From Salinispira sp. (GTDB taxonomy: Bacteria; Spirochaetota; Spirochaetia; DSM-27196; Salinispiraceae), in NCBI GenBank assembly GCA_965602015.1, contig OZ271918.1, forward strand, positions 1,152,001-1,216,000: a stretch of DNA of 64,000 bases. Reading direction: 5' to 3'. How positions within the stretch are numbered: the first letter of the stretch is position 1; the number at the start of each line of letters is the position of its first letter. The translations under genes and the position numbers were made by a program. This document shows, one piece after another, positions 10,072 through 19,500 of the stretch. The notes beneath the pieces are model-generated. The model did no database searches. It saw only the letters and a list, made by a program, of their open reading frames with translations, and was not told the origin of the DNA.

Positions 10072-11014
10072 AAGGCGCTATACCAAGGCGATTATAGGCC
10101 AATTAGCTGTTTTGGCTATGCTCATTCTGGCGAACCTCATTAGCGCGGGCGCTCAAAACCGGGGACGGGCGGAATTCAGTTCTTCACTCAGCGATTTTAT
10201 CAGTCCCGATATGAATTATCAGCGCATTCTTATTCAACGGCCCGGCGCTGAACCGGTTTCGCTCATTCTGGACGGGGAGCGTTGGCTGGTCGAGACACAG
10301 GGAGCTATTGCTATTGCGCGAAACAGCAGGGTGAGAGATTTTATCCGCGCTATTTTCTCCCTGGATTTTACCCGTCGGGTTGCCGGGCTTGAGGGAAACG
10401 AAGCCGGTTTCGGATTGGATACCGGCGAGCGGATATCATTCTTCGACCCCGGCGGCCGGGAGATTACCAGCCTGATTTTTGGCTCGGTGGCAAGTCAGCT
10501 CAGCGAGCAGTATTTTAGCTTCAGCGGTCATAATGAAATTTTTGCCATACCGACAGATATCGGATTCTACCTGAGCCAAAGCCCGGTATATTGGCAAGAG
10601 CTGCGGGTATGGAATGCCGAATCCATCCTCCCAGACGATGTCATAATGATGAGCCGGGAATACGCCGACGGTTTCGCCGAGTCGTGGCAGCCCGACTCCC
10701 GCGGAAGCTGGGTCGATGATACGGGTACGGAAAACGAAACTGATATGCGCGCTGTGGTCAGAGGTTTCCTTCGGCTGGAAGGGCTTGCAATTCTCGGCGG
10801 CGACCTTCCATCCGAAGCCCGGCCCCAATTTACTATAACGCTAACGGTAACCGACGGCAGAAACCTGTCTGCGGCTTTTTACCGTTCGTTCGGTGAAGAA
10901 GGTGAGCGGTACTTTCTTCGTCCCCTGTCCGGGCCGGATTTCCGATCCGCCGCGGGAATGTCGCGGCTTTATGAAATACCTGAGTGGCGCTTTCTGCCCT
11001 ACCTGGATATATGA
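10064..11014 (+). CDS. DUF4340-like membrane-anchored protein
   Basis: N-terminal hydrophobic anchor, FGLD motif, typical position after GldG-like gene. Start reset to MTERR (overlaps previous stop). Confidence 0.65.
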   Translation: MTERRYTKAIIGQLAVLAMLILANLISAGAQNRGRAEFSSSLSDFISPDMNYQRILIQRPGAEPVSLILDGERWLVETQGAIAIARNSRVRDFIRAIFSLDFTRRVAGLEGNEAGFGLDTGERISFFDPGGREITSLIFGSVASQLSEQYFSFSGHNEIFAIPTDIGFYLSQSPVYWQELRVWNAESILPDDVIMMSREYADGFAESWQPDSRGSWVDDTGTENETDMRAVVRGFLRLEGLAILGGDLPSEARPQFTITLTVTDGRNLSAAFYRSFGEEGERYFLRPLSGPDFRSAAGMSRLYEIPEWRFLPYLDI

Positions 11015-11091
11015 TTACCCATCGAAACTACCAATGAGCGGGCTGTGTCGGGGCTGGTCGTTCCGCTATGTCCGCGAGTCCCGGTGGAGAA

Positions 11092-12351
11092 CTATTTGGG
11101 CGCACCCATGAGGTGGGACCGGTACTTTTGCGGATCGGCTTTGAAGGCGATAATCCGTCCTTTTTTAGGACCAGCTATTCCCGCGGCCTTTAGCCCCTCC
11201 TTGAGCAGCCTGTCACCTCCCATGAGTCTGCCGCTTCTCGAGCTGATGCCGGCATACAATTCGGACTCATCCATACCATTGCCTTCGACCTGAATGAGGA
11301 ACTTCTCCACCTGCCTGACCGACTCGCCCTGGTCATGATTCGGCATAATTGCGCAGTAGTAATTTTTATCCAGTGAAAAAACCATGTCCTCATAGCGAAA
11401 AAATCTCAACAGGCGATCCTCAAAATCTTCACGGGCTGCAGAGTCTTTAACGAGGCCCCTGCTGAGTCGAAAAACCACAAAACTGATGTCGTTTTCGTTT
11501 TCCGCTGAGCGCTCGATCTCATTGTTGAGTCTCAGGCGCAAGAGCTTTGACGGCCATATCCGGTTTTCCTGTGCGTCAAAATCTTCGGGGGATGAGTTTA
11601 CCTGAGCGTTGCTGCCGCCGGCCGCAGAGGGGGCATCGTCCTCATCTTGGGAGATGCTATCAAGTTCCCCTAATGTTTCTGTATCATCTTGCCGTGGCAG
11701 TCCCTTTTCATCGGGAGCTTCGGGTGAGATAGAGTTTTTCGAAGCCTGAGTTCCGCTTGTGTTTTTATAGGACGTCTCTCCAGATTCGCCGGGGTAGTAC
11801 TCAATTCCATCATCCGTGTTCTGATTCTGTGTGATAATCGCAATTACAAGGTATACGAGGGTGAACGCGGCAAATGCGATGAGGATGTAGAGAATACTGA
11901 TCATTATCGGATAAAGATCTGTCAGGAGAATAGCCTGATAAATTACTGTTAAACTGGCACCGTCGGGAAGCAGCCGGGTAATCTGTTCTTCATAGATATC
12001 GTTAAAAACCAGATTTGGCCTGCCTCTGAGGGTGTCGATATTTTCCGGGAGATTTGCCAGGTAATCGCGGTTCCTGCTCCAGAGGGCGGAGATTCCCGCG
12101 CTTTCCCGGTAGACGACGATTACCGCGATCCGGTCCCGGCTCTCACTTCTGCGCAGCTCGCCAATAACATCATTATAGGGAATCGAAGCATCTATCCGGC
12201 GTAGAGAGGCGATCTGTCCATCGAGAACGTCATGCGCCTCTTCCAGTACGGTGTTTCGGGATGTTGAAAGGGCGGCAAAGAAGTATCCCAGGAGGAAAAG
12301 CAGGAAGATGAGTGAAATGCCGATGTAAACCTTCTGAAAAATACCCTTCAT
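11092..12351 (-). CDS. Membrane protein with degenerate C-terminal GGDEF-like domain
   Basis: TM-periplasmic-TM, acidic linker, then RLNNEIERS..DISFVVF..RYEDMVF..AGISSR..AAGIAG cyclase-fold pattern with no GG(D/E)EF motif. Confidence 0.65.
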   Translation of the reverse strand: MKGIFQKVYIGISLIFLLFLLGYFFAALSTSRNTVLEEAHDVLDGQIASLRRIDASIPYNDVIGELRRSESRDRIAVIVVYRESAGISALWSRNRDYLANLPENIDTLRGRPNLVFNDIYEEQITRLLPDGASLTVIYQAILLTDLYPIMISILYILIAFAAFTLVYLVIAIITQNQNTDDGIEYYPGESGETSYKNTSGTQASKNSISPEAPDEKGLPRQDDTETLGELDSISQDEDDAPSAAGGSNAQVNSSPEDFDAQENRIWPSKLLRLRLNNEIERSAENENDISFVVFRLSRGLVKDSAAREDFEDRLLRFFRYEDMVFSLDKNYYCAIMPNHDQGESVRQVEKFLIQVEGNGMDESELYAGISSRSGRLMGGDRLLKEGLKAAGIAGPKKGRIIAFKADPQKYRSHLMGAPK

Positions 12352-12369
12352 ATAAAATATTATAGGAGA

Positions 12370-13935
12370 CTATTCAGTTCTTGCATACTGAAATGCTTCC
12401 CGCAGGCTCTGCTCCTCATCCCCGCTTCTCATCCATTGTACATATGCGGTTTTTACCTCGATTCCATGAGAGATGATCAGACCCTCCAACTGGAACTTAT
12501 TGCCAGGGTTGCTGAAGAGATCCGGCGGAATCCTCGGGGGTAAGGCGGTAATTGCATCCGTTTTGTCCTGAATCATGGTTTTTGTGCTCTGGATGACATG
12601 GTCCGGGCAGGATGTGGTTTCGATTGCCGGCCGGTTCTGTTCAGGGCTGCGAAGTGAATCAATTTCCTCCTCGATTGCCATGAGAAAATCACCTAAGCCG
12701 GGGTAGTTTATTGCTGGTATGTTTGGAGTTCCCGGAGAATATCGTCGTAGCTCGGGCCACTTGTTTGCGTCTGCGTTGGCGTGGGCCCAACGGCGGTAGA
12801 CTTTTAAGTCATCGCCGCGGCTTCGAAGCCAGCGCTCGGTGGTCAGGCCATTAAAGCGGTTTGTGTGAGCCTCTATGTACTCATCAAAACTATGAGGTCT
12901 GGCATGGCTTGCCAGATTCCTCGGCGCAAAATCCGCTCCGGCAAGAAAGACCTTCGCGGCCCCTGAATCGGCTAACAGGTCAATTGCGGAAAAGATTACC
13001 GAACCCCTCTCGGGGATTCGGGGCACATAGGGCATGAGTTCAGGGGCATACTGTTCGAGGGCCGAGCCCTGAGAGAACTGACAGGCAGGTATTGTGCCTG
13101 AACGTATTTTTTGCCGCAGCCAGGCGGGGAGCATTGCCGTGGCGGCGTAAAGCAGAAGGCTGTCTTTATTTAGGTGTCGAAGGTGCAGACCTGCCCAAAA
13201 ACCCCCGTCGCTTGCCACCACCGCATCGGGAATTATTCCCTGTGATTGTAATGCTCTCAATGCGGACGGAAGGGCCCAGATACAGAGCTTTTGACGCGCG
13301 CGGGAAAAAAACGGAAGGCAGTCTTCGAGACTTGGACCGGATGCACAGAGTACTAAGGGTTTACCCAGACGGGAAATCCGGAGCTGTGTTAAAAGAAGAT
13401 TCCGGTTGTGGACTAGATTTCTTTTCCATCGGGGTCCGAAGTAACTCCTGGTCGCAAATCCCTTTTGAAGTTCGGTAAGATAATCAAGAATACCGGCCCT
13501 TAAAAAAGCGTGACCCACTATGTGCTCCCCGGCCGGCCAATCGGAAACAAAACACCCGAGGAAATCAAGTTCGCCCAATAAGGAGCCAAGCACCAGGCGC
13601 AGGCTCCTCGAATCTGGTGTCAGGTATAATTCACATCCTGCTTCACGCACCTCTGCCGGAATACCTGACTTAACCTGGTTAAAAAGCTTCACATCGCTGT
13701 ACAGGGCGGAAATCCGTGATTGGGGAAACTTCTCTCTTATGGGAATTGCGGAGAAGCCGAAGCCCGGATTGACCAGGATAACCTTCAAGGGCCAGCTACT
13801 ATGAACCCGTTGCAGCTGCAGAGATTCTCCGATTTGAGCGCTTACCACTCTCTGTGCTTCTTTGACGGGATTGCGGATGCTGTGCAGCAGACGATTGTTT
13901 ATCCGGTACTGTGGGGGCGAGTTCTTTTTATCCAT
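12370..13935 (-). CDS. Maf/MptE-like (DUF115) motility-associated factor, putative flagellin glycosyltransferase
   Basis: LVLCASGPSL, ALRALQSQGIIPDAVVASDGGFWA, GSV..AIDL..VFLAGADF..SHARPH. Confidence 0.75.
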   Translation of the reverse strand: MDKKNSPPQYRINNRLLHSIRNPVKEAQRVVSAQIGESLQLQRVHSSWPLKVILVNPGFGFSAIPIREKFPQSRISALYSDVKLFNQVKSGIPAEVREAGCELYLTPDSRSLRLVLGSLLGELDFLGCFVSDWPAGEHIVGHAFLRAGILDYLTELQKGFATRSYFGPRWKRNLVHNRNLLLTQLRISRLGKPLVLCASGPSLEDCLPFFSRARQKLCIWALPSALRALQSQGIIPDAVVASDGGFWAGLHLRHLNKDSLLLYAATAMLPAWLRQKIRSGTIPACQFSQGSALEQYAPELMPYVPRIPERGSVIFSAIDLLADSGAAKVFLAGADFAPRNLASHARPHSFDEYIEAHTNRFNGLTTERWLRSRGDDLKVYRRWAHANADANKWPELRRYSPGTPNIPAINYPGLGDFLMAIEEEIDSLRSPEQNRPAIETTSCPDHVIQSTKTMIQDKTDAITALPPRIPPDLFSNPGNKFQLEGLIISHGIEVKTAYVQWMRSGDEEQSLREAFQYARTE

Positions 13936-13961
13936 ATTACTTTGTGAGAATGAGGCTTATT

Positions 13962-15272
13962 TTATGGCCGGCTATCCCGGAGCCGGTTCGAAAGCGACTG
14001 CATTTCCTCCCGGGAGAATTGGATAAAATCGAGGCCAGGCAGGGCGGCGCTAAACGCCTGCTGAAATGAGAACTCCAGCTGTTCAATAATGAGGGAGGGA
14101 TCCAGCTCCTGAATACCACTGATTAGAATAAAAAAGTAATCATCGTCCATGTAGACAGACCCGTCGTCCTGTACGATGCTCCCCAGCACCCGAAGACAGT
14201 CCCGGTAGAAACTCATGCTCCAAACCTGCGGAATAGTGGTTTCAATGAATGAACGGACTTGCGCCTTGGGTAAACCGAGCAGAAGCGAATCAGGAGAATC
14301 GACGGCTTGGCGCAGTTGCGAGGGAAACTCCTGGGAGCTCAGGATAAACAACGGCGAGATGTTTTCAAGCAGAATGCCGCGGCTCTTCCTGATCATTTTG
14401 CCGAGGGCATTGCCCAGGGTGGCTACTACCAGGTCAATGCTTTCCTGAGAGATGCTCGCGATTTTGCTGCCCGAAATGATAAAAAGCCCATCGCTCGTCG
14501 AACCAAGGGGAATGACAATAAGGGATTCTATATTTGACCGGTCCCGGCTGGAAAACATATGCTTCCAGCCCTCCAGCTCGGCAGACTCCCGAAGCAAACC
14601 GCTTTCTATACTGTCAGCCGGGTTGACCCTCAAACGGATGAGGCTGTCTGTATCAAATCCCTTTGAACAGTAGGGAACAAGGGTTTCATCTGCATGTTCG
14701 GGTAACAACAGCAGTGCGCTACCGAGGCCGAGCAGATCGGCCAATATACCAAAAGCGTGATAAGGCGCATCAATTCCCCTGTCGATGCTTCCTATCCCCG
14801 CCATAAGCTGGGGGAGAATTAAAACGGGCTGCGGGGTAAAGTCAGCGCTTCTTGAAGGGAGATTTGAGTTGTGCATGTGGGCAGATGCTGCGGGAAACGA
14901 CGCCGGTTCTCCTTCGTCTGCCGCCGCTGGCTTACCGTCCCGGGCCGAGGGAGCATCTGCGATTTCCGACGGATTTTCTTTGTATGAGCCGGTCGGTAGT
15001 ACAATATTGGACAGATCTTCATCTGCCGGTGTTAACTCCCGGGTGAAGTCATCGGCGGAAAGCACGTCCCGGCTGCTTTCAGACGGGAGGGTTTCCGGCT
15101 CGTCAAAATCGATTTCTTCAAAGAGCCCGTCATTGCCCCTGACATTGTGCGTTTTCTCGCTGAGAATACGGCGTGCCTTGTCGAGGAGACCACTGCCGCT
15201 GGCTGCAGTATCGTTGAGAGCTGTTTCGTTGATGCTTTTCTGATACGCTTTTACCCGCGCCAAAAGGCCCAT
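13962..15272 (-). CDS. Hypothetical protein (amphipathic N-terminal repeats, possible GAF-like domain)
   Basis: MGLLARVK / SGLLDKARR duplicated motif, acidic linker, globular C-terminal half. Starts 3 nt after the acidic gene stop. Confidence 0.65.
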   Translation of the reverse strand: MGLLARVKAYQKSINETALNDTAASGSGLLDKARRILSEKTHNVRGNDGLFEEIDFDEPETLPSESSRDVLSADDFTRELTPADEDLSNIVLPTGSYKENPSEIADAPSARDGKPAAADEGEPASFPAASAHMHNSNLPSRSADFTPQPVLILPQLMAGIGSIDRGIDAPYHAFGILADLLGLGSALLLLPEHADETLVPYCSKGFDTDSLIRLRVNPADSIESGLLRESAELEGWKHMFSSRDRSNIESLIVIPLGSTSDGLFIISGSKIASISQESIDLVVATLGNALGKMIRKSRGILLENISPLFILSSQEFPSQLRQAVDSPDSLLLGLPKAQVRSFIETTIPQVWSMSFYRDCLRVLGSIVQDDGSVYMDDDYFFILISGIQELDPSLIIEQLEFSFQQAFSAALPGLDFIQFSREEMQSLSNRLRDSRP

Positions 15273-15275
15273 GGA

Positions 15276-17798
15276 TTACAGTCCCAGTTCCTCGAAAAGC
15301 TTCTGATATGTTGCGAAGTGCTCCGATTGGGCGAACTCTTCTATTTTCTCTTCCGGAAGATTCTCAAGAAGGGAGTCCATGTACGTCAATACGGCCTTGA
15401 TTTCGCTTTTTATATCGCTTGACAGGGCTTCCCGCGATTGGCTTTCATCCGGGCTGAGCTGTACCGGGGAGGCATCGTGGCTGTCCAGATCGATTTCCTC
15501 CACGTCGCCTTCGCTTGAAAGGTCGAGGGCCGGAGCTTCTTCTTCGAAACCGGCTCCCAGCAGTTCTTCTTCCTCGGCGCTTAAATCTTCTGTGGGGTGT
15601 ATGTCATCGTCGATTTCATCGAGGGTGATTTCCTCCAGCTCGTCTTCGTCGGCCCCGGTTTCCTGAATAAGAATGCTTTCGTCATCATCACTGAGATCAA
15701 GTTCTTCGCCTTCATTGAGGTCGAGGATTTCATCCTCGATTTCCACTTCATCACTCTCAAGGGGTTCGGCCTCGCCGTCGACCACGTCATCGCTGTCCGC
15801 CAGTTCGGGGAGTTCCAGTTCCATTTCCTCCAGGTCGTCTCCGGTGTACAGTTGAATATCATCTTCATCATCGGAGAGGTCGTCTATACCTTGCAGCTCT
15901 TCTTCGATGTCAAGGTCGGCCATAGCCTGAATTTCATCTTCGCTGCCCTTGAAAGGATCCTCGGCGGTATCTACGCTGATTTCGGTTAGTTGGCTGTCGT
16001 CGCCGCCGGCGTCTTCAAAGGCCGGCGAATCGCTGAGATCCTCATCGGGATTTATGCTCGATTCTCCGGCTTCCTCGGTGAATTCCGCGGTATTGAGGAT
16101 ATTATCGAGTTCATCCCCGGTGAGGGCAATGGTTTCATCGTCGTCGTCTGAGGAAAAGAACCCGCCGGCATCGACGCCGTCCCCCTCGCTTTCCTCATGG
16201 GAGTAGCCCTGGCTGATGTCCTCGGTAGCTGTTTCCTGATCGTTCGCTGAAGTTGGCGCCGATTGGATAGCTGGCGATTCGCCTCCGGCTCGCATCCTGC
16301 GCAGTTCTTCGCGGAGATCGGTGAGTTCGCTTTTTATTGAGCTGAGCTCGCTTTCAATGCTGTGAAGTATGTTCTCCGATTCCCGGTCGCTGAGCTGAAG
16401 AGCTTCATCGACCATGGAGCCGTTATCCCCATCGTCCGAATCCGAAAGGCTGTCACTGAATGCCGCTACGTCATCAAAACCTTCATTCTCGGCGGGTGTC
16501 GCTGCTTCAAGCTCATCGTCTGAACCTAGTTCATCGAGCTCTTCGCTGTAATCCGTATCCGGCATATCGTCGAGGCTGACTACATCTTCCTCGGCTCCCG
16601 GCAGTGATGAGTCGTCCAAGTCGACATCTTCTTCATTACTGTCCAGACCGAGAATATCTTCATCGAGATCAATATCTATATCGAGGTCTTCTGCGGGAAG
16701 TTCGGTGCTGAGGGCGTCTTGCTGATCGTCAAGCTCAAGAAAAGAGTCTTCTGAATCAAGCGGTGAATCATCCTCATCGCCGTTTTCAGGAGCGGTTTTA
16801 TCCATAAACTCGTCTATGCTGATGTCTTCGAGGAGATCTTCATCCTGGAGGTCATCCAGCTCGTCCATGCTCTCTAGAGCGCCCGGAGAGGCCTCATCGG
16901 ACGGTGACAGGTCTTCATCGTCGGGTTCTGACGATTGCTTGATAGAAACCGTATCATCATCCAGGTCTTCAATATCGAGTTCGAAATCATCTCCGTCCGA
17001 TGGGGTATCGTCATCTAATACGGAAATTTCGTCATCAAGCTCTGGGATGGTGATGTCTTCAAGTTCATCGTCCAAACCGGGAATTACAATGTCTTCTTCC
17101 AGTTCTTCGTCGCCTTCGAGGACGAGGTCGTCCTCGTGATCGTCTAATTCTAGTTTGAGATCGTCTTCCTCGAGGTAAATGGTGTCACCATCCTCTTCCT
17201 CTTCGAGACTCAGGGCGATTTCCTCTTCCAGGTCAGACAAATCACCGAGGTCGCCAAGATCGTCTTCATCGGAACTGTCCGCTATATCCAAACTGTCGTT
17301 ATCTGCTTCAGAGCTGCTTTCCAGATCCTCAATATCCAGCTCGTCATCCAGGGTCATTTCCAGCTCATCGCTGTCGTCTTCGCTGCTTTCCTCATCGAGG
17401 TCGGCGATGCCGATCAGTTCTTCATCATCCAGTGAAATTTCCGGTTCTTCCGATTCAGACGCATCAACAGAAAAATCCTGATCGGCCGCTAAATCTACTG
17501 AATCATTATTAACGGCTGAAAAATCCGGATCATCGCTCCCGAACGATTCAAGACCCTCAGAATCATCGTCGAGGTCGAGCAGACCATCCTCTTCGAGCAT
17601 TATTTCTTCTTCCTGGAGATCGGCAAGAAGGCTTTCTTCTTCCTCGTCGAGATCGCTTAAACTATCTTCTTCCTGGGCTTCATAAACGTCCTCTGGCCCG
17701 GCCTTTACAAATACGCCGTAGGAGGTGAGTTCATCATCCAGTTCATTAATATCATCAAGATCCATTTCCTGATCCTGTGAATTAGTCTTGTCAGCCAT
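15276..17798 (-). CDS. Extremely acidic, largely disordered protein with central coiled coil and C-terminal helical domain
   Basis: 840-aa ORF dominated by D/E/L/S. GGAG RBS. Coiled coil ILHSIESELSSIKSELTDLREEL; C-terminus EIKAVLTYMDSLLENLPEEKIEEFAQSEHFATYQKLFEELGL. Confidence 0.85.
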   Translation of the reverse strand: MADKTNSQDQEMDLDDINELDDELTSYGVFVKAGPEDVYEAQEEDSLSDLDEEEESLLADLQEEEIMLEEDGLLDLDDDSEGLESFGSDDPDFSAVNNDSVDLAADQDFSVDASESEEPEISLDDEELIGIADLDEESSEDDSDELEMTLDDELDIEDLESSSEADNDSLDIADSSDEDDLGDLGDLSDLEEEIALSLEEEEDGDTIYLEEDDLKLELDDHEDDLVLEGDEELEEDIVIPGLDDELEDITIPELDDEISVLDDDTPSDGDDFELDIEDLDDDTVSIKQSSEPDDEDLSPSDEASPGALESMDELDDLQDEDLLEDISIDEFMDKTAPENGDEDDSPLDSEDSFLELDDQQDALSTELPAEDLDIDIDLDEDILGLDSNEEDVDLDDSSLPGAEEDVVSLDDMPDTDYSEELDELGSDDELEAATPAENEGFDDVAAFSDSLSDSDDGDNGSMVDEALQLSDRESENILHSIESELSSIKSELTDLREELRRMRAGGESPAIQSAPTSANDQETATEDISQGYSHEESEGDGVDAGGFFSSDDDDETIALTGDELDNILNTAEFTEEAGESSINPDEDLSDSPAFEDAGGDDSQLTEISVDTAEDPFKGSEDEIQAMADLDIEEELQGIDDLSDDEDDIQLYTGDDLEEMELELPELADSDDVVDGEAEPLESDEVEIEDEILDLNEGEELDLSDDDESILIQETGADEDELEEITLDEIDDDIHPTEDLSAEEEELLGAGFEEEAPALDLSSEGDVEEIDLDSHDASPVQLSPDESQSREALSSDIKSEIKAVLTYMDSLLENLPEEKIEEFAQSEHFATYQKLFEELGL

Positions 17799-17841
17799 TG
17801 GCGATCTCCTGGTTGATTGATCAGACAGTAGTCTAGCAAAA

Positions 17842-17868
17842 GTATCGGCTGAACGAAAAAAAACGTTA
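17842..17868 (-). promoter_or_regulatory. Putative sigma28 (FliA) promoter
   Basis: Minus strand TAAC-N15-GCCGATAC versus consensus TAAA-N15-GCCGATAA, 43 nt upstream of the acidic gene. Confidence 0.6.
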
Positions 17869-17879
17869 CACCTAATCTA

Positions 17880-17908
17880 AATCTACAGCATGCGCTGTGC
17901 GCTGTCAA
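17880..17908 (-). promoter_or_regulatory. Putative sigma70 promoter
   Basis: Minus strand TTGACA-N17-TAGATT upstream of the acidic gene operon. Confidence 0.65.
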
Positions 17909-17975
17909 TTAAATGGAGATTTAGGGAGTCCATCCACTCAAGGGCCGGCCATCAGGGGCCGTTAATATATGAGAT

Positions 17976-18542
17976 ATGAAAGTCCGCCACCTGCTTATCG
18001 CCCTCTTTGCCGGGCTCGTAACATACTCACTGCTCGCCCTCATTGACGGTCCGTACAGCAGTCGTAGATTAGAGCAATTAATCCAATACCACAGCTCCCT
18101 TGAGGAAAATCTCGAGCTTCTGGCCCAGACCGGTGAAGCTTTAGAGGCCCACTATTATGAACTCCGGGACGATTCCAGGGCGATTATTCGGGAGGCTCAG
18201 AGAATCGGCATGGTACTGCCGGGGGAACAGCTTCTTCAGCAGGCCGGGCGGCAGAGGAGTATCGAGGGAATAAGCCCTGGGCAGATAATAATGTACTCAT
18301 ATCCCGACCCCCCGGATCCGATGTTTCGCCGGGCAATAGCCCTCTCCAGCGGGCTTCTCATTTTTATGCTTTTGGTAATTGCGGATCCTCCCGAGCAGCC
18401 GGGCCGGAGGACAGTCTCCCGGGAACAGCGGGGAAACATGCCCGAAGGCTCAGGCCAGTTCGATCCTCGGATACTGGGTAGAGTGGGAAGCGATGTGGAA
18501 ATGGGTCAGTCAATGCGTGTCCAGGTAGCGTCCCGGGAATAA
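17976..18542 (+). CDS. Septum formation initiator family protein (FtsB/DivIC-like)
   Basis: N-terminal TM, coiled coil, IIREAQRIGMVLPGE motif, second TM. Confidence 0.65.
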   Translation: MKVRHLLIALFAGLVTYSLLALIDGPYSSRRLEQLIQYHSSLEENLELLAQTGEALEAHYYELRDDSRAIIREAQRIGMVLPGEQLLQQAGRQRSIEGISPGQIIMYSYPDPPDPMFRRAIALSSGLLIFMLLVIADPPEQPGRRTVSREQRGNMPEGSGQFDPRILGRVGSDVEMGQSMRVQVASRE

Positions 18543-19450
18543 GTATTATCCACCCGGGAAATCTCGCCGTCTTCTATATAAAAATAAGAAGTAAACTTCC
18601 GTCCTATGAGCAGTTCGCCATCGTCGGTCAGCCGGAACTCCCAGGACATGGGGCGGGCTATGCTGACGATCTGGTTAGCGATGGAAAAGGGGAAGAGGGG
18701 CAGGTACATTTTTGGGGCGTTCGGTTCATCCTGACGGACCCGAACCTGTTCCCCTTCGATGCTCACCCGGATTCTCATCTGATCGTCGCCGGAAAGATTG
18801 GCGAAACCGCTGCCGTCGCTTTCTATTGTTACGGCTCCGAGGCCGGTGTCGCCCTGCCAGGTGCCGCTGATGTAGGCCATGCTGGGCCGCTGCCATTGGA
18901 CATCGCTGCCGGACTGCCGCTCCACGCCCTGCGCGATACCCCTTGATTCCTGCTCTTCCTCAAAGCCGAACAGACTAAACACCATCCCCCGGGATCCGGA
19001 AATACTTGTTTCCAGATCGGGAAAGTCGTCGCTGTGGGCAATAAGCAGTTCTCCGCTGGAAAGGGAGTAAATATGAATGTCCACATAAACGCGGCTTCCG
19101 ATTCTGTTTGCCTGCCCCACGATAACTCCGCGACTCCTGGCGGGTATCTGTCCTCCGTAATCGTCAAAAAACGAGAGGGCGTTTTCCCCGAAGGGAAAAA
19201 AGCGGCGGAAGGCCTGTCGATCTTCTATAGGCACAATCGAATAGTTAGCCTGGCGCGCCACCTCAAGCAGGTGACTGGTCACCCGGTTTTCGAGAACCGT
19301 TATTTCCGAGGATTGGAACTGACTTTCCTCAAAGAGGAATCCGGCGTAGGCAAAGGTAATACTCGAACGGGGAATCTGAGCGTAGACGGAGGAGATGATC
19401 AGCGTGAATGCCGATAGTAACAGTAGTACGCGACGGGTTAGGGCACCCAT
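18506..19450 (-). CDS. Exported hypothetical protein (spirochaete TP0183-like)
   Basis: Signal peptide (..SVYAQ), ISGTWQGDTGLG, ARPMSWEF. Family recalled, not searched. Confidence 0.55.
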   Translation of the reverse strand: MGALTRRVLLLLSAFTLIISSVYAQIPRSSITFAYAGFLFEESQFQSSEITVLENRVTSHLLEVARQANYSIVPIEDRQAFRRFFPFGENALSFFDDYGGQIPARSRGVIVGQANRIGSRVYVDIHIYSLSSGELLIAHSDDFPDLETSISGSRGMVFSLFGFEEEQESRGIAQGVERQSGSDVQWQRPSMAYISGTWQGDTGLGAVTIESDGSGFANLSGDDQMRIRVSIEGEQVRVRQDEPNAPKMYLPLFPFSIANQIVSIARPMSWEFRLTDDGELLIGRKFTSYFYIEDGEISRVDNTYSRDATWTRID

Positions 19451-19500
19451 GCAGTTAATGTACTCCCGGCGGACTAAAAAATCCATAGCCCGAACCGGGC

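Noticed and set aside
6697..11014. Gliding-motility system
   Set aside because: GldA/F/G-like ABC modules with DUF4340 are widespread in non-gliding bacteria; no motor genes here.
15379..17481. Ser-rich plus-strand ORFs
   Set aside because: Antisense read-out of the Asp/Glu codons of the acidic gene.
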